Below, in pieces: positions 38,425-43,825 of a stretch of 43,825 nt of DNA (positions are counted from its first letter, which is position 1; every line of letters begins with the position of its first letter). Origin of the DNA: an uncultured bacterium. GTDB lineage: Bacteria; Edwardsbacteria; AC1; EtOH8. The notes below the pieces were generated by a model. That model saw only the letters and a program-made list of their open reading frames with translations. It had not been told where the DNA came from and did no database searches. Location of the stretch: NCBI GenBank assembly GCA_963780225.1, contig CAWAAX010000020.1:1-43825 (forward strand). Reading direction: 5' to 3'. The position numbers and the translations under genes are program-made.

Positions 38425-39207
38425 ATGAAAAAACCGGAAAGATATATCTCCATATTCATAGTTCCGCACCACAAGGGCACCCAGAAGGAGCTGGAGTTTT
38501 CCTACACCACTTTGCGCTGGTTGGGGATTTTGGGTGCATTCCTTTTGCTGTTCATCCTCCTTTTGGTGGTCAATTACGGGCATATTTTCTGGAGGGCTGG
38601 GCAATATGAACTGATGAAAAAGCGCCAGGTGGAAATGGAAACCCAATTCGGGCGGATGGGGGAGGTCAATGCCGAGATAGCCAGACTTAAAGCGGTGGAA
38701 AACAAGCTTAACGCCATGCTGGGGATTTCCCGTCAGCCCGATACCCTTAAAATAGAACAAATAACCGTTCAAATTCCGGCATCCACCGCCATTTCCGCAG
38801 TAAGCCAGCCTTCGGCTAACCTGCCAGCGACATCCCGGCTGGCTACCGTGCCGGCCATAATGCCCTGTAAGGGTTGGATATCCGCAGGGATGTCGCCGGG
38901 CCACACCGGCATAGATATCGCCGCCCGCGAGGGGGATCCAGTATGGGCTGCGGCTGACGGAGAAGTTTCTTTTGCCGGTTGGGACAATTATTACGGTAAT
39001 AAAATAGAGATCAAGCATAGCGACAAATTAAATACCATGTACGGGCACAATGCCAAACTACTGGTTAAAGTTGGGGACAATATAAAACAAGGCCAGGTAA
39101 TAGCTTTGGTGGGAACAACCGGGCAAAGTTCGGGGCCCCACCTGCATTATGAGGTCCATCTTAACGGACAGACGGTAGACCCAGCTAACTATTTGGTAAA
39201 TAAGTAG
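38425..39207 (+). CDS. M23 family peptidoglycan endopeptidase with N-terminal TM anchor and coiled coil
   Basis: HTGIDIA, YGNKIEIKH, TMYGHN, SSGPHLHYEV. Confidence 0.93.
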   Translation: MKKPERYISIFIVPHHKGTQKELEFSYTTLRWLGILGAFLLLFILLLVVNYGHIFWRAGQYELMKKRQVEMETQFGRMGEVNAEIARLKAVENKLNAMLGISRQPDTLKIEQITVQIPASTAISAVSQPSANLPATSRLATVPAIMPCKGWISAGMSPGHTGIDIAAREGDPVWAAADGEVSFAGWDNYYGNKIEIKHSDKLNTMYGHNAKLLVKVGDNIKQGQVIALVGTTGQSSGPHLHYEVHLNGQTVDPANYLVNK

Positions 39208-39287
39208 ATAGCTCTGCGAAACTTAATGATCCTTGGACCCGGTCAATGGTTTCGGCCAGTAATATCTTAGTTATCAATGGGATACGT

Positions 39288-39322
39288 AAGCCGTCTTTCA
39301 CAAAGAAAGACGGCTTTATTTG
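39288..39322 (+). terminator. Intrinsic terminator
   Basis: AAGCCGTCTTTC-ACAAA-GAAAGACGGCTT-TATTT. Confidence 0.75.
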
Positions 39323-39396
39323 TTAGTATTTTGTATGTCAACGAGTTACGCTTGTTTTTCGACAGTCTGTCACGAACGGGCCCGAAAAAATAATTC

Positions 39397-39425
39397 TTGA
39401 CAAAAGATAAAAAAAGATATATACT
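39397..39425 (+). promoter_or_regulatory. Sigma70 promoter of rpsU
   Basis: TTGACA-N17-TATACT with A-rich UP-like sequence upstream. Confidence 0.8.
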
Positions 39426-39503
39426 TAAGTCCTTAATATTGAAGAACTCCGCTTAAATAAATAGTGGCGGTGTTTTTATTTCAGAAATCGGAGGTGATTT
39501 AAT

Positions 39504-39686
39504 ACGAAGGTTACCATTCGCGACAGTGATTCCTTTGAGAAGGCATTAAGAATCTTCAAACGCAAGTGCATTAAAGAAGGTTTGCTTGCCGATATGCGCA
39601 AGGGTGAGTTCTTTAGCAAGCCCAGCGTCAGGAAAAAAGTCAAATCGGCCAAGGCCAGAAGCCGCAAAGCCAGATTTGGAATGTAG
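39504..39686 (+). CDS. rpsU: 30S ribosomal protein bS21 (absent from the ORF track; no canonical start codon)
   Basis: Manual translation TKVTIRDSDSFEKALRIFKRKCIKEGLLADMRKGEFFSKPSVRKKVKSAKARSRKARFGM*; SD GGAGGTGA at 39490-39497; own promoter and terminator. Confidence 0.93.
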   Translation, partial: TKVTIRDSDSFEKALRIFKRKCIKEGLLADMRKGEFFSKPSVRKKVKSAKARSRKARFGM

Positions 39687-39704
39687 GGATCACCGGAATA
39701 ATAT

Positions 39705-39740
39705 AAAAACGGCGTCTTAGTTGCTAAGACGCCGTTTTTT
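39705..39740. terminator. Bidirectional intrinsic terminator
   Basis: AAAAACGGCGTCTTAG-TTG-CTAAGACGCCGTTTTT. Confidence 0.88.
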
Positions 39741-39764
39741 CTTTTGTCCCGGTCCGGGCTAAGG

Positions 39765-40637
39765 TTACAAGTATACCGCCAGCCAGACCGTGATCACATA
39801 AAGCACCAGATCCCCCAACAGCCAGGCATCGGTCAACAGCGCCAGCTCCGGGCTTTGGCCTTCTTCTTTCCGGTAGATCAGGTAAAGGTACCTGAATATC
39901 CCGTAAAGCACAAAAGGAATGGTGTATTTTAGGTTGCTGTTGCCGAACTTGGCGGTGGTCTCGGGCGACAGGGTGTAAAGGCTGTAGCAGACCACGGCGG
40001 CGGCGGTGACCACGGATATCATCTGGTCCAAAAATTTTTGGGGATACTCGGTCAAGACCGTCCGGTGGCCGGGAGCCTCGGCGGTCAAATGAACCTGCTC
40101 CTGCCGCCTTTTGGCCAGGGCCAGGAACAATGCCAGCAGGATCACGCAGATCAGCAGCCATTCCGAGATCGGCACCGCTATGGCCTCGGCTCCGGCCACC
40201 GCCCGCAGCACGAATCCGGAGGCGATCACGAAGACGTCTATGATCACCAGTTTTTTCAGGACGAAGCTGTAGAGCAGCATCAGTACAAAATAAGCCAGGG
40301 CCGACAGTCCGAAAAGAAAATTAACGTAAAAAGAAGCGGCCAGCGAGAAGACACCCAGCCCCAATCCCAGCAGCAATGCCGTTTTGGCAGACAGGGCCCC
40401 GCTGGCCACGGGCCGCAGTTTTTTTTGCGGATGCAGGCGGTCGCGTTCGATGTCAGCCAGGTCGTTGAAAATATAGACCGAGCCGGAAAGCAGGCAGAAC
40501 AAGGCAAATGAAGCCAGGGTCTTTGCCAGCATCACCGGATGACCCAGATTTTGGGAGAATATCAGCCCGGCGAAGAGGACCAGGTTCTTGGTCCATTGCT
40601 TGGGGCGCAGGGCGCTTAATAGGATCTTGGGGCTCAT
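39765..40637 (-). CDS. UbiA-family prenyltransferase (decaprenyl-phosphate phosphoribosyltransferase-like)
   Basis: LRPKQWTKN, YIFNDLADIERDRLHPQKKLRPVASG, AKRRQE, YGIFRY; AGGAG RBS before MSPK. Confidence 0.92.
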   Translation of the reverse strand: MSPKILLSALRPKQWTKNLVLFAGLIFSQNLGHPVMLAKTLASFALFCLLSGSVYIFNDLADIERDRLHPQKKLRPVASGALSAKTALLLGLGLGVFSLAASFYVNFLFGLSALAYFVLMLLYSFVLKKLVIIDVFVIASGFVLRAVAGAEAIAVPISEWLLICVILLALFLALAKRRQEQVHLTAEAPGHRTVLTEYPQKFLDQMISVVTAAAVVCYSLYTLSPETTAKFGNSNLKYTIPFVLYGIFRYLYLIYRKEEGQSPELALLTDAWLLGDLVLYVITVWLAVYL

Positions 40638-40699
40638 GGTTGGGTCTCCTTGGTTATAAGGGTCATACATAAGACGGAGAATTCTTTATCCGCCTACGC

Positions 40700-40903
40700 A
40701 GAACACCACCCCGATTTATCGGGGTGGAGGAATGCGATAGAAAAGATGCTTCCTCCTGCGCTTACGCTTCGGCGGACAGGTCGGCGGATGTCGCCGACAA
40801 CATAAAACGGATTTCCCCGCCACGGCGGGGCAACCTAGGTCTTGGTACTACGCCTACGTACCTCTACTCCGGCGCACAAGCACTGCTATGCCCGTGGGGC
40901 TCC
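40700..40903. repeat. Cluster of REP-like palindromes
   Basis: CCACCCCGAT-TT-ATCGGGGTGG, CCTCCTGCGCTTACGCTTCGGCGGACAGG, GTCGGCG-GATGT-CGCCGAC, CCCCGCC-AC-GGCGGGG. Confidence 0.6.
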
Positions 40904-40955
40904 ATAAGGAAACCATGAAACCAAGAAAATTTCCTGTCCTTCCTGGTTTCCTTAT
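40904..40955. repeat. AAGGAAACCAGGAAA-type inverted repeat; related copies at ~10439-10465 and 37886-37940
   Basis: ATAAGGAAACCATGAAACCAAGAAA-A-TTTCCTGTCCTTCCTGGTTTCCTTAT. Confidence 0.7.
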
Positions 40956-40965
40956 TGATTTTGGT

Positions 40966-41814
40966 TTATCCGGGTTGGCTTTCTTTGAAACATTCATACA
41001 GTCGGGCAAACTCAGGCAGAGAAAGTGTCTGGGGGCGGCGGCTTAGGTCGATCCCGCTCTTGGCGGCCAGGGGGGCCAGGCCGGAGTCCTCTACCTTAAA
41101 GGCCTGGCGGAAAATGGCCCGCAGCATCTTGCGGCGCTGGGAAAAGGTTTTTTGGACGAATTTGAAGAAAGCCCCTTCGTCCCTTACTTTTACCGGAGGA
41201 TGCTGGTGCGGGGTCAGCCGGATGACCGTGGATGTCACCTTGGGCGGGGGAAAGAAGGCTCCCGGCGGCACTTCGAACAGCTTGTCCACTTTTGCGTGAT
41301 ATTGCACATAAACGGAAAAGGAGCCGAAGTCGGTGCCGGGCCGGGCCGCCATCCGGTCGGCCATCTCGCGCTGGACCATCACCACAATGCTTTCGATCCG
41401 GTCCCGGACCAAAAACAACCGCTCCAGGATGGGGGTGGTGATGTAATAGGGCAGGTTGGCCACCACTTTGAATTTTTTGATGCCTTTTTGGTCCAATAAC
41501 GCAGGCAGGTCCAGTTTCAAAAAATCCTTGTTCAGGATGGTCAGGTTCCGGCAGGAAGAATATTCCCTGGCAAGCTCTTCCGACAATCTGGCGTCCACTT
41601 CCACCGCCAGGACTGATGAGGCCCTGGCCGCCAGCAGGCCGGTCAGAACCCCGCGGCCCGGGCCTATCTCCAGCACGGCGTCATTGGGGCAAAGTTTGGC
41701 GGCGTCAATTATCTTCTGGACCACGGCCGGAGAGATCAAAAAATGCTGGCCGTATTTTTTGAGCGGAGCCTTGGCGGCATGTCCAAAATTGGTTCTATTT
41801 GTGTTTTTATTCAT
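40966..41814 (-). CDS. rsmA: 16S rRNA m6,2A dimethyltransferase RsmA (KsgA)
   Basis: KKYGQHFL, VLEIGPGRGVLT, VANLPYYITTPI, MVQREMADR, AFFPPPKVTS, FSQRRKML. Confidence 0.97.
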   Translation of the reverse strand: MNKNTNRTNFGHAAKAPLKKYGQHFLISPAVVQKIIDAAKLCPNDAVLEIGPGRGVLTGLLAARASSVLAVEVDARLSEELAREYSSCRNLTILNKDFLKLDLPALLDQKGIKKFKVVANLPYYITTPILERLFLVRDRIESIVVMVQREMADRMAARPGTDFGSFSVYVQYHAKVDKLFEVPPGAFFPPPKVTSTVIRLTPHQHPPVKVRDEGAFFKFVQKTFSQRRKMLRAIFRQAFKVEDSGLAPLAAKSGIDLSRRPQTLSLPEFARLYECFKESQPG

Positions 41815-41870
41815 AAATAAAGGACAACTATCTAATTTTTACCGGGAGTGAAGAAATAATAATGCAGTTA

Positions 41871-42095
41871 TGTTCTTTTCTTTTTGTGCCGCCAACAAGA
41901 AAAGAACCAAAAGAAAAAGCTCGTCGCTTAAAACTCTCCGGGCCACGCTTACGCCAAGGCTTCAGCGGGCCCGCGTTGCGCTTCTCGCTGACGGCGGGCT
42001 TGTCTGAACTCGGGCTTTGGCCCAGCCCTCAAACATGCAGACAAGCTTTTAACCGCCGTCAACTGCGATGCTCACTGATCGTTTTAACACGACAA
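41871..42095. other. Structured non-coding element with nested hairpins; function unknown
   Basis: GTTCTTTTCTT..AAGAAAAGAAC; GTCG-TTAAAAC..GTTTTAA-CGAC; TGACGGCGG..CCGCCGTCA; GCTTGTCTG..CAGACAAGC; GGGCT..AGCCC. Confidence 0.55.
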
Positions 42096-42149
42096 CCGGG
42101 GTTGGTATCGTTGATCAAATAAGTTACCGGGTCAATTTTACCAGGTTGT

Positions 42150-43526
42150 TCACCCCACCACGTCGTAGTGTCTTATCCGGAGGTTGACCCCCAGATCCTT
42201 GGCGGTCTGTTTGGCCAGCTCCACATCCACCCCCGGCATGTCCATCACGGTTACGGTGGTCTTGATGCCGGCCTTGCGGCACTCCACCGCGAAATCCTTG
42301 ACCGCCTGATAGGCGGTGCTCCCGAACCGGCTGGGGCAGATCCTGTCGTAGGCCTCGCTGTCGTGGACGTTGAGGCTGATGGAGACCTCGTCCACCAGGC
42401 CGGCCAGCTCCGGGACTATGTTGCGCCCGGCTATCAGATTGCCCTGGCCGTTGGTGTTGATGCGGACCCGGGCCTTCCGCTCCTTGAGCCAGCCGGCCGC
42501 CTGCTTGACCAGGTCCAGCCGCAGCAGGGGCTCGCCGTAGCCGCAGAAAACCACTTCCTTGTATCTTGAAGGATCGCCGATGGCGCCGGTTACTTCCTGA
42601 AGATCGGGCTCACGCTCCAGCCTTAAGTTATGCCCCTTGATGAAGTCCGTCTTTTGGCGGATGCAGAACACGCAGGCGTTGGTGCAGCGGTTGGTGATGT
42701 TAAGATAGAGCGAGTCCCGGATCTGGTAGGCGATCTTGGCCGGGTCGATCTTTCCGATGTTAAAGAATTTCTTGGCGTTCAAAGTGCTTACCCGGCAGAC
42801 ATCCTCAACGGTCAGGGGCGCCAGCAGTTCCGCGATCTTCCCGGCAATGACGGGCAGGTTGGCCGGCTCGTTGCGGGCCCCCCGGTGCGGTTCCGGAGCC
42901 AGGTAGGGGCAGTCGGTCTCCAGCATCAGGCTTTCCAGTTCCACGGCCTTAAGCACTTCCGGCAGATGCTTGGAGTTCTTGAAGGTCACCGGCCCGCCGA
43001 TAGAAAGCAGGTATCCCCTCCGCTTGGCCTCCTTGGCCATCTCGGCATCCCCGGCAAAACAATGCAGCACCACCTTTAGTTCCGGGTGGTCTTTCAGGAT
43101 GTCCATGGTCTCCTGATGCGCCTCCCGGTCGTGGACCACCACCGGCAGGTTCAGTGTCTCCGCCCAGGCCAGCTGTTTTTTGAAGGCTTCGATCTGAATG
43201 TCCTTGGGCGAAAGGTTCCTATGGAAATCCAGTCCCATCTCGCCGACGGCCACCACCTTGGGGTTCTTGGCCAGCTCGCCCAGGTGCTGGAATGTTTCCT
43301 GGTTCATGGTTTTGGCCTCGTGGGGATGCACGCCCACCGCGGCATAGCAGCAGTCGTACTTCTCGGCCAGCTCCACCGCCCGGTGGCTGGACCGGAGGTC
43401 ATAGCCGATATTGACGATGTATTCCACCCCGGCCTGCCGGGCCCGGTCTATCACCTGGCTCAGGTCGCCGCTGAAGTCCTTGTTGTTCAGGTGGGCGTGG
43501 GTGTCGATGATGGTATTTTTAGACAT
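42150..43526 (-). CDS. tatD: TatD-family nuclease fused to a C-terminal radical SAM domain
   Basis: IDTHAHL, AVGVHPHEA, AVGEMGLD, VVHDREAH, LHCF, LETDCPYLAP; then YLNITNRCTNACVFC, VFCGYGEP, RINTNG. An alternative TTG start lies at 43535. Confidence 0.93.
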   Translation of the reverse strand: MSKNTIIDTHAHLNNKDFSGDLSQVIDRARQAGVEYIVNIGYDLRSSHRAVELAEKYDCCYAAVGVHPHEAKTMNQETFQHLGELAKNPKVVAVGEMGLDFHRNLSPKDIQIEAFKKQLAWAETLNLPVVVHDREAHQETMDILKDHPELKVVLHCFAGDAEMAKEAKRRGYLLSIGGPVTFKNSKHLPEVLKAVELESLMLETDCPYLAPEPHRGARNEPANLPVIAGKIAELLAPLTVEDVCRVSTLNAKKFFNIGKIDPAKIAYQIRDSLYLNITNRCTNACVFCIRQKTDFIKGHNLRLEREPDLQEVTGAIGDPSRYKEVVFCGYGEPLLRLDLVKQAAGWLKERKARVRINTNGQGNLIAGRNIVPELAGLVDEVSISLNVHDSEAYDRICPSRFGSTAYQAVKDFAVECRKAGIKTTVTVMDMPGVDVELAKQTAKDLGVNLRIRHYDVVG

Positions 43527-43531
43527 AACGA

Positions 43532-43825
43532 TCAAAAGCTTCCGGTTATCCAGGGTATTTGTGTTTTTGTCTTGTTGATAGCCAAAGCCAGGCCCAGCGG
43601 TACTGCGTCAAAGTTGATATCCAGACTGCCCAGGCTTTTGTGGTTCTGATTGCGGACAGAGTGTAGACCTAAGGCAAATCCTGCGATCATGCCCAGAGAA
43701 GAGAGGCCGGAAACAGACTGAAATATCTCATTGCTTTCACTGTCGCTGGAGGGATGGATCAAAAACCCCAGCCCGCAACCCAACAGTCCTCCGGCGGCGG
43801 TGCTGCCCATCACAATGTACCCGTC
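43532..43825 (-). CDS. Hypothetical membrane-associated protein, 5' end outside the window
   Basis: Open frame to the window edge; Gly-rich hydrophobic helices; ends GSF just before tatD. Confidence 0.55.
   Translation of the reverse strand, partial: DGYIVMGSTAAGGLLGCGLGFLIHPSSDSESNEIFQSVSGLSSLGMIAGFALGLHSVRNQNHKSLGSLDINFDAVPLGLALAINKTKTQIPWITGSF

Noticed and set aside
39476..39667. 63-aa minus-strand ORF from the ORF track
   Set aside because: Antisense shadow of rpsU; promoter, SD and terminator support the + strand gene.
41862..42122. 86-aa ORF over the structured element (likewise 40724..40918)
   Set aside because: No convincing RBS, opposite to flanking genes, and better explained by palindromic non-coding structure.

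Overview
Bacterial chromosomal window spanning the replication origin: dnaA-dnaN on the minus strand, DnaA-box-like clusters on both sides of dnaA, and rsmG, parA, parB, mnmG and two perfect parS palindromes nearby. Outer-membrane barrels and secreted proteins with FlgD-Ig/T9SS-like C-terminal domains point to a diderm, possibly an FCB-group candidate lineage (inference only). Other genes: ilvE, an RluB-like synthase, two radical SAM proteins (one fused to TatD), orphan cheC, two EamA transporters, PPK2, an Aas-like fusion, three tandem M42 peptidases, an M23 peptidase, a UbiA-family prenyltransferase and rsmA. One complete IS256-family element has 26-bp TIRs and an 8-bp TSD. Most notable: (1) an rpsU gene missed by the ORF track, with no in-frame ATG/GTG/TTG at its 5' end; (2) an M6 protease gene between 127-bp direct repeats of the parA 3' end that differ only at silent sites, next to a 189-bp in-frame duplication in ppk2; (3) a C8 tract in the promoter spacer of a large secreted protein; (4) a parS site just upstream of a consensus ilvE promoter; (5) mnmG separated from rsmG by a probable inversion; (6) many palindromic, REP-like and MITE-like intergenic elements. 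The first 3.1 kb has many frameshifts, probably sequencing errors. No CRISPR array, tRNA or rRNA was seen. All alignments and counts were done by eye.
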